A stretch of DNA of 60,296 nucleotides, the filler included, from Squatina squatina (Eukaryota): NCBI GenBank assembly GCA_031763465.1. It is 3 parts of 3 records of this genome, joined end to end, with 100 filler letters (N's around TTAATTAATTAA, not from the genome) between each part and the next. Parts side by side here need not be neighbours in the genome. Positions count along the whole stretch, not along the records: positions 1 to 28,511 come from JARFOE010000115.1; 2 more parts are not named here. One strand, written 5' to 3'. A program made the translations under genes and the position numbers. Positions 13,725 to 25,290 of this stretch are shown piece after piece (the first letter of the stretch is position 1; the number at the start of each line of letters is the position of its first letter). The notes below the pieces were generated by a model, which saw nothing but the letters and a program-made list of their open reading frames with translations, had not been told where the DNA came from and searched no databases.

Positions 13725-13850
13725 ACTGTCTGATGAGCGGTCAATGTCGACACATTATTCTATCTGTCAGATGCTGACTGCCCTGCTGTGCAATCCCATT
13801 ATTTTCAGTTTCAAGTTCCGACTTGCAGTATTTATGTTTTTTGACTGATG
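13725..13850 (+). mobile_element. Old, degraded Penelope-like element 3' terminal repeat with decayed hammerhead core
   Basis: CTGATGA (13730-13736)...GACAC...cagatgctgactgccctgctgtg...ttcagtttcaagttccgacttgcagtattt resembles the reverse complement of 14370-14510. Confidence 0.55.
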
Positions 13851-13862
13851 TCTCTCGTATTG

Positions 13863-14330
13863 CATAGAATTACATCGAATTTACAGCATAGAAACAGGCC
13901 ATTCAGCCCAACTGGTCTCTGCCGGTGTTTTTGCTCCACACAGACCTCCTCCCATTCTACTTCATCTTATACTCAGCATAGCCTTCCAATTCTTTCTCCC
14001 ACATGTGCACATTGAGCTTCCCCTGAAACGCATCTATGTTACTCGCCTCTACTTCTCCACGTGGTAGCGAGTTTCACATTCCACCCACTCTGGTTAGAAT
14101 ATAAAAAAGGAAAAAAAAGTTTCTTCTTAAATTCCCTCTTGGATTTATTCGTGACTATCTTCTCCTTATGGTCCTTTGTTTCTGGTCTCCCCCAAAGTGG
14201 AAACATCTTCTCTACGTCAACCCTATCAAACCCAATCATTATCATAAAGACCTCCATTAGCTTACCCTAGAGAAAAAAAGCCCAGCCTGTTCAATCTTTC
14301 CTGCTAGTTAAAATCTCTCCGTGCTTTATG
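13863..14330 (-). mobile_element. CR1-like LINE 3' end (different tail subfamily)
   Basis: Minus-strand ORF remnant EVFMIMIGFDRVDVEKMFPLWG..., with a tail reading catagaattacatcgaatttacagcatagaaacaggccattcagccc on the plus strand. Confidence 0.8.
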
Positions 14331-14369
14331 CTGTATTGCATTAATCAATACTGTACAATGCCCACCTAC

Positions 14370-14840
14370 TGATACAAAAGCAAAACACTGCAGATGCTGG
14401 AAATCTGAAATACAAACAAGAGAATGCTGGAAATACTCAGCAGGTCAGGTAGCATCTGTGGAGAGAGAAACAGAGTCAACGTTTCAGGCCTGTGACCTTT
14501 CATCAGAATGGGAAAAGTTAAAGATGTAACAGTTTTTTACGCAAGAGTAGGGTCAGGGAAAGGGAGGGGAGGAAAGAACAAAAGGGAAGGACCGTGATAG
14601 GGTGGAAGGCAGGAGAGATTAAGAGACAAAGGGATGATGGTGTAAAGCACACGGAGATGGTAATGGGGCAAGTTCAGAAACAAAGGATGAGTCTAGCTAA
14701 GGTGTCAATGAAAATGGCCGAAACATCAACAGCTGCCATGGGAAAGAGAGAACAAAACAGAAAAAAAATATAGAGTCAGGGGCTGCAGTCTGAAATTGTT
14801 GAACTCGACGTTAAGTCCAGAAGGCTGTAATGTGCCTAAA
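14370..14840 (-). mobile_element. Penelope-like retroelement 3' end: GIY-YIG endonuclease C-terminus, 3' UTR and hammerhead-bearing terminal repeat
   Basis: Minus strand from 14839 encodes LGTLQPSGLNVEFNNFR (the L-x-T-x-x-P-x-G-L-N end motif of PLE GIY-YIG domains), then a pyrimidine-rich UTR, then CTGATGA-A-AGGTC-ACA-GGCCT-GAAAC-GTT at 14506-14478. Confidence 0.8.
14472..14510 (-). ncRNA. Minimal type-I hammerhead ribozyme motif (PLE-associated)
   Basis: Core CUGAUGA and GAAA intact; 5-bp stem II (AGGUC/GGCCU) after one extra A; palindromic AACGUU in place of stem III; stem I is degraded in this copy. Confidence 0.65.
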
Positions 14841-16373
14841 NNNNNNNNNNNNNNNNNNNNNNNNNNNNNNNNNNNNNNNNNNNNNNNNNNNNNNNNNNNN
14901 NNNNNNNNNNNNNNNNNNNNNNNNNNNNNNNNNNNNNNNNNNNNNNNNNNNNNNNNNNNNNNNNNNNNNNNNNNNNNNNNNNNNNNNNNNNNNNNNNNNN
15001 NNNNNNNNNNNNNNNNNNNNNNNNNNNNNNNNNNNNNNNNNNNNNNNNNNNNNNNNNNNNNNNNNNNNNNNNNNNNNNNNNNNNNNNNNNNNNNNNNNNN
15101 NNNNNNNNNNNNNNNNNNNNNNNNNNNNNNNNNNNNNNNNNNNNNNNNNNNNNNNNNNNNNNNNNNNNNNNNNNNNNNNNNNNNNNNNNNNNNNNNNNNN
15201 NNNNNNNNNNNNNNNNNNNNNNNNNNNNNNNNNNNNNNNNNNNNNNNNNNNNNNNNNNNNNNNNNNNNNNNNNNNNNNNNNNNNNNNNNNNNNNNNNNNN
15301 NNNNNNNNNNNNNNNNNNNNNNNNNNNNNNNNNNNNNNNNNNNNNNNNNNNNNNNNNNNNNNNNNNNNNNNNNNNNNNNNNNNNNNNNNNNNNNNNNNNN
15401 NNNNNNNNNNNNNNNNNNNNNNNNNNNNNNNNNNNNNNNNNNNNNNNNNNNNNNNNNNNNNNNNNNNNNNNNNNNNNNNNNNNNNNNNNNNNNNNNNNNN
15501 NNNNNNNNNNNNNNNNNNNNNNNNNNNNNNNNNNNNNNNNNNNNNNNNNNNNNNNNNNNNNNNNNNNNNNNNNNNNNNNNNNNNNNNNNNNNNNNNNNNN
15601 NNNNNNNNNNNNNNNNNNNNNNNNNNNNNNNNNNNNNNNNNNNNNNNNNNNNNNNNNNATCATTGTTAATTACGGTGGGATTAATAAAGTTCCACTAATT
15701 GTCAAAGCAAGGAAGTTCCACAGTGCACATTTTTACAAGATGCACATTTATACTGCAGCCTGTGTTTTATAGGCTGACAAACAAGGTAACAGTGGCTGTA
15801 CAATGTCCAGACGTGGACTATAATTTTCAGTTTCTAAATTACAGCGAGGAATGCACAATAATCAACAGCACGCTGCTCATGTAGTGAGCTTTACTTTCAA
15901 TAAAGATATATTGTTCCTACACAGTGTGCCTGGAGATGTATTGTGTCATTTTTGTTTAAGAAATCAGATTTATTGCAGTGCCTTGATACTAGTGACTCAA
16001 CATGGAATAGTTCCTGTTCTCTTTCTCAATGCATATTATGGTCACTAATGAATTTTAATAAGTGACTGCGCTTGGGACTTGGGTGCTGCTAATGTGTGTC
16101 ACAGAATGTAAATTATTGCCAAAGGTCCCTGCCATGGCAAAGAAATTAAAACATACTTACTGCAAAGCCCACATTTCCTGCTAAGACCTCGTCTATGAGC
16201 GCTATATACTGAACTGACCAAACCTACCAGTTTACTGACGCTTAGTACATATGACTACATGTGAGAGGGCAGTNNNNNNNNNNNNNNNNNNNNNNNNNNN
16301 NNNNNNNNNNNNNNNNNNNNNNNNNNNNNNNNNNNNNNNNNNNNNNNNNNNNNNNNNNNNNNNNNNNNNNNNN

Positions 16374-16460
16374 CCCCCCGTTCACTGCTCACAGCCCCCC
16401 GTTCACTGCTCACAGCCCCCCGTTCACTGCACAAAGTCTCTCAGCCCCTGTTCACTACCA
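16374..16460. repeat. 21-bp minisatellite (CCCCCCGTTCACTGCTCACAG)n, followed by (CCCAA)n at about 16500-16530
   Basis: At least 2.5 perfect copies and one degenerate copy abutting a gap. Confidence 0.9.
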
Positions 16461-16675
16461 GGTTTAACTGTTACTGATGTGATTCAGCTCACCCCACTCA
16501 ACCCACTCAACCCAACCCAACCCAACCCACGCAATCGGACTCTTGCGCCAGATTATGTGAGCTGAGGCCTGTGTCCCCGCTGAAAAAAGGCAGGCGTGGT
16601 CACCGCTAGATTGAGTGCACACTGACACTGTGCCATTCTGGGCGGCAAGCGCAATGATGACATCACAGCGCTGCA

Positions 16676-16840
16676 TTTAGACTAACGTCAGCGCCTCGAG
16701 CGTTATGGGCTCTGCACCTGTTTTGCGCCGGCACGAACGGGATCCAAATTTTGCGCCGGGTTTTAGCGCCAATAGTGGCTTAACGCCAGTTTTGCGCCAC
16801 TTTCGCACTAGAAGTTTTACTACAAATTGGCCGCCCCTAA
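16676..16840. mobile_element. GC/CpG-rich non-autonomous DNA transposon remnant
   Basis: Internal ttttgcgcc repeats and an aaattggccgcccc terminus resemble the ends at 31620 and 51800. Confidence 0.5.
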
Positions 16841-19800
16841 GGCCCTGCAAAGGGAATTTCATGAAGTGGGAAATGGATTACAGAGAGAAGTACTTAAACT
16901 CGAGTTATCTGAGCATCACGCCCAAAGAAGTTTCACATAGAAGATTACAGCACTAAATGAGACTATTTGGCCATGCAATAGTCAATACAGGAATACTAAG
17001 AAAAAGGTAAGTGTGTGGTAGGAGAGATGATGTAGAATGAAGGGTTCAGATTCTTGGTACGTTGTGGCCAGTTCTGAGACAGGAGTGGCCTATATACAAT
17101 GGACAGGGACCGGTCTTCTCATTGGAAGAGTAACTAGTGCAGTAACAAAGTTTAAACTAATAAAGCAGGGCGGAATGAAAAAACAGACAATTAGGCAGAT
17201 AGGAAAGCAAAAGAGGTAAGAGCAGAAGAAAGATAAGTGAAACAGGAAAGTAATCAAGAACAGATCAGGCAGAGAATTATAAAAGGCGATTGCCAAATAT
17301 TATTTCCAGACTCAGTACCTTGATGTTTGACTGCTCCTTTTTCAATCGTTATAACAAACCAAAGAATTCAGGTGGAATGAAGTGTGGCAAAAATAGCTAA
17401 TGTTAGGAATGGGGAACAGTCAGGAAACAGCGACCATAAGATAATTAGGTTTGATATCATAATTTTCAGAGGGAGGAGTCAGAAAGAAAGGAACATAATT
17501 GTAAAGAAGCAAATTTCAATAAGATAAAATGGGAGTCCACCCAGATAATTTGGCAGATAACCGTGTGTAAGCAATGGGAAACTTTCTAACAAATGATTGG
17601 GGTACAGATCAGGCATATTTCCACAAGACGTAAAGTGTGCGGCAAAAGCTTGAATTCATTTGATGAATAGGGAAATTAAAATGTGAATAAGAAGGAAAAA
17701 CAAATCACAAAGCTCCATGTTTCGATAGTGTGATTAAATCATTCTCAGTATAAATCACTGTCTTCATGCATTAGTAACAACATAGTTACAAGCAAATTGT
17801 TGGTCTGGAATTCAACCGGTTTCCTCAGGGAACAGTTTGCAGTCCCTGCAATATATGATCTCAACTCTGGTAAATAGGCTGCACAGCATTCCTTCTCATC
17901 ATTTCGCCAAATTATTGAGACATGTTACTGCATTAACGTGGTGTTTAACATATTTCTTTCTTGTTAAGTAAATTTTGCTGCATTGTTAATGAGAACCAGC
18001 CTTGGTTATGAATGATGACTGTGGCTTACTGGGCAACAAAACCGTCACATGTACTTTCCAGGGATAATAAATTGCCTAATTCCTTCTCCTTTTCTCTTTT
18101 AACGACATATTTTATTTTTAACCTTTAATAATCCGCGCCTCTTGTTTTTAAAAGACATACTCCCCCACGCTTCGGATGGAAAGCACATCATCCATGATAA
18201 GCGTTGACCATCGCTGCTCAGTCAGATTTGTTTATCAACTCAACTGAAAATAAAGCCCTCGTGCCGAAGCCATCGCTAATTAAACCATTTTAATGGGGCA
18301 GCCTTTGGGCTATTTCCAGGGGAGGGGAGCTGGTGCCTTCAGTCCTGCTCATTTTCCTACCATCTTATCCTGGAAAGAATAATAATGGGTGAAAGAGGGT
18401 TAGAATTAGGGGACTTGGTAATGCAGTGGTTAAGTTGCGGGATGAGTAACCCAGAGGCTTNNNNNNNNNNNNNNNNNNNNNNNNNNNNNNNNNNNNNNNN
18501 NNNNNNNNNNNNNNNNNNNNNNNNNNNNNNNNNNNNNNNNNNNNNNNNNNNNNNNNNNNNTCCGGGTAGGGCAGTGGAGACCAAATGCCTGGAATCATTT
18601 AAGAGACAATTAGATTGGAGTGATCTATAGGTTGTTTCTGGATAGGTGAGATAGTATGGACTGTCATCTCATGGTGCAACATCTGTATCTATCTTGTGAT
18701 GCCTCTGTCCACTTCTATGTTGTGCAGCATATAGCAAACTACAATGATTCTGTCCATTCTCTCTGGGACATACGGCAAAACATTATTGAATGGCCCAAAC
18801 ATTGCTGAGGTTTGTTTTATGATGCTCTAACTCCACTCATTCGACTCATGATATGCTGCTTCCTTAGGCTATAGAAGCAGGATACCTGAGTCAGCAACCG
18901 TGGTTTGAGTAGGTAACCATGGTTAACTCTGCTGGGAGCCAACATGGTAATCAATTTTCTCCTTCAAATAATAGTGGAATTCAAGATCACTGTCGAATGA
19001 GGGCATCATATGCAATTCCTGAAACTAAGGATTAATAAACATTATTCTTAGGGGAATAATGTCCTTTTCTATTTAGGAACACTAATATGTTTTCCACAGT
19101 GTGAATTGCCACATAGGTGCAGTTGATGAGATCCTGTACATTGGGGATGCCACACTATGGAAACATGTTGCCTCTCCTGCTGCCCTATGTTGACATGGAT
19201 ATATCTCCTGGTGTGCCAAAGTAGGCAATCCTGTTCACTAATGGTCTAGTGTTCAGGAAACTTGCTGACTCCTGTAGAGTTTACAGAGGTGCACAATGTA
19301 GGATACCACCAAGACTGAAAAGAGCAGTAAAGGAAGCAAAATTTATATATATATTCTATATCACCAAGAGCCTTCCAACCTGCTTCACTCTTTGTCCATT
19401 CGCTTCACGTCCAATTTGTACTAAGGAAAAATATAAATTAGTGTCAGATGCGCACCAGTGATTGAGAACGTCGTCAGGTCACCAATCACTTCACAGCACT
19501 GTTCCCCTGTCTCCAGCAAACTGTGGTACAAGACGATTAACTAGGCGACAATGCCTCATTAACCTGGTGTGTAGAGGCGAACCATTTACCCCGTAAGGTG
19601 CCGCAACAAGAAATCATTTCCCTTTGCTTTATTGATCAACTTTTCCTGACTCTTGGGTTCCGATGGTTTCCGCACTATTGACAACGCGAGAAGGCACTGC
19701 TGAAATGCATGGGCCACCCTGGCCTTTAGAAGGGCAATGTGCTCGACTCATTGATCTGGAGACAGAAAAGAAAATAAAGATTGGCTTTCGGGTTTGCTTG

Positions 19801-20629
19801 TCCCAATTATTATGGATTTTGCCTGCTCGCAGCTCAGAAATATTCATAATATTAATAATACCCCTCCCCAAATGATACAGATAATATCAGAGTTAATGAC
19901 CAGTGACATTGTGCAAGTCAAATGTTTGTACAGCATTTCACACAACTCAAATCACCCTGACCTTTTCAACTGCCAGCGCTCCAACCCAAAATAAATGATA
20001 ATATAGTGCTTATTGTAGTTGAATATTAATGAATATGACAGTTCTGTCAGCGAAAGGCAATGAAACGTTGCCTGGCTTAGTAAACAATGTCTGCCCCTAA
20101 CTGTACAATGAATGAATCGCCGGTGTTTGCATGACTTTTTTTTGGCAAGGCAACAAGATAGCGTACTAAAGTTGGAACACATGGTTAGCAAAGCGATACC
20201 AGACTAAAGAGCAAACATATAAATCAGTGGGGGGTTTCAAAAGTAAGACTGACAGCCTCCATTGTTCAGAGCCTGTGAGATTGCTCGCTGCAACAGCTGA
20301 GACGCCAGGTAAATCATCGCCCGTTCGTGATCCAGAACAGGGTGTGCACCGACAGGTCTGAGCGTATTCCTCCACCTCAGCAACTATGGGAGGAATGTGA
20401 CAGGCTGCCACACCCTCGCTTCCCCCCACTCCCCGCCTTTGACTTTGCCACCGCTGCACCTGACATTAACTGTGATCTAGTGAGTGTGTAGGCCCTTCAC
20501 GGGGAAGTGGGCTGGAGGTCATCAGCGGGAGATGCTGCTTTCTGAGCAGCAGGTGTGGAATGTCAGCTATCTTGCAAAGCTCCGGTGTGCTTTCTAACAG
20601 TGAAAAGGGAAAAGAGACTTGCATTCACA

Positions 20630-20987
20630 AAGAAAAAACTTGCATTTACATAGCGTTTTTCATGACCTCAGGACGACCCAGAGCACTTTACAGCCAATGT
20701 AGTACTCTTTTTGAAGTGTAGCCACTGTTGTAATGTAGGAAACGCGGCAGCCAATTTGCGCACAGCAAGATCCCACAAACAGCAATGACCAGATAATCTG
20801 TTTTTCGTGAGGTTGGTTGAGGGATAAATATTGGCCAGGACACTGGGAAGAAATTCCTTGCTCTCCTGCGAAATGGTGCCACGGGATCTTTGATGTCCAC
20901 CTGAGAGGGGAGGCGGAGTTTGACGTCACATCCGAAAGGCAGCACCTCCGGCAGTGCAGCACTCCCTCGGTGTCAGCCTAGGTTTTT
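20630..20987 (-). mobile_element. SacSINE1/Deu-SINE-like SINE (head lost in gap)
   Basis: Close reverse-complement match to 39955-40420, including the L2-type tail (ttgcatttacatagcg on plus). Confidence 0.9.
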
Positions 20988-21809
20988 NNNNNNNNNNNNN
21001 NNNNNNNNNNNNNNNNNNNNNNNNNNNNNNNNNNNNNNNNNNNNNNNNNNNNNNNNNNNNNNNNNNNNNNNNNNNNNNNNNNNNNNNTTTTATTCGTTAA
21101 ACCAGTCGTTACACGCCACACGATCTTGTCACTCCGCCCACTAAATGTCCAAAATATTATAAACATTCCTCATGTTAGAGCCTCGGCAACACATTGAGCT
21201 TCAGGCTGCCTTTAAGCCAGGCTTACTGGTCATGCGGGGGTAAACCGAAAATTCTGTCTCAAATTAGTGTAAATTAAAATACCATTTCTGCTTTCTATCA
21301 AAATGCCGTATCATTTTCTGAAAATGAGCGGTTGCAGCCCGTACGGGTCCCAATGACCCTGCGATTAGAGTGCGACAGTGAGGAAAGAAATGCACAGCTC
21401 TCTTTGGCTACTTCACAAAATACTCTTGACTGTGGTGACTGTAAAAAACAATTATGGGAAAATGATGTGGTTCCTGTAAACTGAAATGTTACAATTATGA
21501 TAGTTAAGAACACAGCTCAGAAGCTGGCAAGCTGCCAGCTGACATTCTTGTAGCATTCCTTTATATGTTGATTATTCTGCACTCACGCTGGTTAACCATT
21601 TGGGGCCCAGTGGTAAATAAGGGACTTTTGTGAGAATACTGAGAATCAAGACTTGGTCTCTCCTCTTTTTGTGATCAGGAACCATTTTTAAGTCAGTTTA
21701 CGGCTGTTCTATTGAAGGGAATTAGCTGTTTTAATCTTGTGAAAGAGCCATTTTGGAGACAATTGTCAATGGCCCAACAGTGTTGAAGTGCTATTTTGCA
21801 TTTGTAAAT

Positions 21810-22039
21810 AGATAGGAACATACCATAATATGAACAGGAACAGGCAATTCAGCCCCTTGAGTCTGCTCCACCATCCAGTTAGATCATGGCTAATGGGCAC
21901 AAGATTGCTGGACAATGCAGTTACATAGAAACATAGAGAATAGGAGCAGGAGTAGGCCATTTGGCCCTTCGAGCCTGCTCCGCCATTCAATATGATCATG
22001 GCTGATTGTCTAATTCAGTACCCTGTTCCTGCTTTCTCC
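21810..22039 (-). mobile_element. Two tandem CR1-like 3' tails
   Basis: Older tail at about 21810-21895 and younger tail from 21922 (acatagaaacatagagaataggagcaggagtaggccat). Confidence 0.8.
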
Positions 22040-22899
22040 NNNNNNNNNNNNNNNNNNNNNNNNNNNNNNNNNNNNNNNNNNNNNNNNNNNNNNNNNNNNN
22101 NNNNNNNNNNNNNNNNNNNNNNNNNNNNNNNNNNNNNNNGACTACAATTCAAAAAATACTTCATTGCACTGTAGGTCATGAAAGGCACTATATCAATGGA
22201 AGTCTTTGTGTTATTGCTTATTACACTGTCAGCATAGAGTCAGGTCACATCTTGCTGATGTAGGCTTTATCCTTGTACTCTGCATCACAATGAGAAGGAA
22301 TCTGTCACTTGCAGTGGAGACGACTGGTCCCAATGAATTGCGCAAAGCTTGGTTCTACGCAAGCTGGCTGGGTTGAATATTCCTCCCCAGTCCTGCCACC
22401 TATAGGGATGTATTGATGGCTGTTAAAACACCATCCGCAAATAGCATTGCAATGACAGAATAGTGCATGACCTCATGGTGTCCCACCGCACACGTGTACA
22501 ACTCCCTGAGAACGTCTGTCTCCGCTGCAAGTGACAGATTCCAGCTCGTTGCAATTCAGAGCACAAGGTTACAGCCTGCATCAGCAGGATGTGACCTGAA
22601 TCCTTGCTGGCTACGTAAATTGGCTCTAAGCAGAATGAAGCACTTGTGGAGGTGGCTCGCTGCTATGAAATTCAGATGGAGCAAAAAGAATAAAGAGTCC
22701 TTCTCTGCTGACAGCTTACCTGCTCAGGCTGAGGTCATTTTGATACAGCCTGCTAGATTCCTGTCAGCATCACTAGCCCCCTGTGGTATTTCTCACCACA
22801 CAGCTAGCCTGCCAAGAGACATTGACTTTGTATCAGACAAGATCCCACGCCCATCTTACAACTCAGCTTCTTCCAGCTAACGTGTGTGGAGATCAAAGA

Positions 22900-23520
22900 A
22901 ACATACCTATCAGAGTGGGATTACAAAGAATTACAAACACAGCACAGAAACAGGGCCTATGGCCCAACACATGCCAACTAAGGTGTTCATCTAAGTTAGC
23001 CCTATTTGCCCATGTTTGACCCATATTCTCCTATCATGTACCTGTCCAACTGTCCTGTAAACGTTGTCCTCGTACCTGCATCTGCCACATCCTCTGGAGC
23101 TCGTTCCACATCCCCCCCTCCCTCTGTGTGAAAAACATGCCCCTCAGGTTACTTCTAAGTATTGCACCTCTCATCCTGAATCCATGACATCTCATTTTGA
23201 ACTCCGCTGTGTTGTTGACCTCACCCTATGTTTACCTCTCATAATTTTAAACGCTTCTGTGAGTTCGGCCCTTATTCTCCTACGTTTCAAGGAAAGAAGA
23301 CCAAGCCTGGCCAAAATCTCCCTCTGTCTTACGGCCTCCAGTCCTTGCAACATCCTTTTAAATATTTTCTGCGCGATTTACAGTTTAATCACATCTTTCC
23401 TGTGACAGCGTCACCAAAGATGGACACAGTACTCCAACTGCGTCCTCAGTCACGGCGTTTTCAACTGCAACATAACGTCTTAACTTTTTTACTCGGATGA
23501 AGGCCAGCGAGCTAAACACC
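22900..23520 (-). mobile_element. Degraded CR1-like LINE 3' region
   Basis: Plus-strand signatures cacagtactccaactg, ataattttaaacgcttctgtgag and a cagcacagaaacaggg tail. Confidence 0.65.
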
Positions 23521-24309
23521 AGTGAAACTCCCAAAACAAACAACTAAAGAGAGTGATTTACACAAATGACCGGGCTGGGTATNNNNNNNNNNNNNNNNNN
23601 NNNNNNNNNNNNNNNNNNNNNNNNNNNNNNNNNNNNNNNNNNNNNNNNNNNNNNNNNNNNNNNNNNNNNNNNNNNNNNNNNNCATTCTGCAGACATCCTA
23701 GTGCCATTTATTCTAGCCCACACCGCAGTGATAATTGCTCTGGCCATTATCCTCTCCCAATAATACCTCTTTCTCTACCCACATGGTAATGTGTAATTAG
23801 AGAATCTTGAAACTACACAACACATCACTGCCAAATGTCACTTCCTAAAGAGGGTGTAATTTGTGGTGTCAATGTTGTGGTTAATTACACATCAGTTTCA
23901 CTTTGGCATTTTATCACTGCACTGTGGAATTAGAAAGGAAGCATAATCAGTGAAGCCACTGAAACAAAACATCAAGGATAAACGGGGAAGATGCTTAAAG
24001 GATTAAAGTTGTATCCAACTCACCAGACACTCTTCCAGCCCCTCGTTCATAGCACTTCTCAGTAATTTACTGCATCAGTTTCAGTGCTTCCCACTCATCG
24101 TACAGCAGCTAATCAGTCTTTTTGAAGAAATCGTTAACAGAATATTCTCACTAATGATGTAGATCTAACAATCTGAGGAGAATATTATGCGAGCGAAGAC
24201 TCAACCAACTGGAGAAATTTACTTAGGATTCAGGGAATGCTCCAGAAACTTGGTGCAGTCTCTTCAGCTACTGAGTGTGACGTACGATATATGAGTAAAT
24301 TAAATACTG

Positions 24310-24767
24310 AGATACATAAGAACATAAGAACCAGGAGCAGGAGTAGGCCATTCAGCCCCTCGAACCTGCTCCGCCATTCAACAAGATCATGGCTGATCTT
24401 CTATCTCAACTCCACTTTCCCACCTGATCCCCATATCTCTTGATTCCCCAAGAGTCCAAAAATCTATCTATCTCATCCTTGACTATAATCAATGATTCAG
24501 CATCCACATCCCTTTGGAGAAGTGATTCCAAAGATTCACAGCCCTCTGAGTGAAGAAATTCCTCCTCATCTCAGTCCTAAATGACCGACCCCTTATCCAT
24601 AAGACTATAAGACCATAAGAAGTAGGAACAGGAGTAGGCCATTCGGCCCCTCGAGCCTGCTCTACCATTCGATTGGACCATGGCTGATCCGAAATTCCTC
24701 AAGTCCACCTTCCTGCCCTTTCCCCATAACCCTTGATTCCCTTACCGATTAGAAATCTATCTATCTC
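24310..24767 (-). mobile_element. CR1-like 3' end interrupted at about 24600 by a second CR1-like 3' end
   Basis: First copy breaks at cccttatcc; a new tail starts with cataagactataagaccataagaagtaggaacaggagtaggcc. Confidence 0.85.
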
Positions 24768-24919
24768 NNNNNNNNNNNNNNNNNNNNNNNNNNNNNNNNN
24801 NNNNNNNNNNNNNNNNNNNNNNNNNNNNNNNNNNNNNNNNNNNNNNNNNNNNNNNNNNNNNNNNNNNTCCACAACATCCACATGTTGAATAAGATCAACT
24901 GACCTGCCCCTAAGAAGTA

Positions 24920-25290
24920 AGCAAAATATTATTTAAATGGAGAAAGACTACAGAATGCTGCAGTACAGAGGGATTTGGGTGTCCTTGTACATGAAACACA
25001 AAAAGTTAGCATGCAGGTAATTGGGAAGGCAAATGGAATGTTGGCCTTTATTCCAAGGGGGATGGAGTATAAAAGTAGGGAAGTCTTGCTACAAATGTAC
25101 AGGGTGTGGGTGAGACCACACCTAGAGTACTGCGTACAGTTTTGTCCCCTCATTTAAAGAAGGATATACTTGCATTGGAGGCAGTTCAGAAAAGGTTCAC
25201 TAGGTTGATTTTGGGTATGGAAGGCTTGTCTTATGAGGAAAGCTTGTGCAAGTTGGGCCTATACTCATTGGAGTTTAGAAGAATGAGACA
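24920..25290 (+). mobile_element. CR1-like LINE ORF2 fragment (post-RT region)
   Basis: DLGVLVHETQK...KANGMLAFI.RGMEYKSREVLLQ.YR..VRPHLEYCVQF; LEAVQKRFTRLI.GMEGLSYEE.L.KLGLYSLEFRRMR with a frameshift. Confidence 0.9.

Noticed and set aside
16374-16460. CRISPR-like or peptide-repeat (PPVHCSQ) coding array
   Set aside because: Spacer-less head-to-tail minisatellite in vertebrate DNA.
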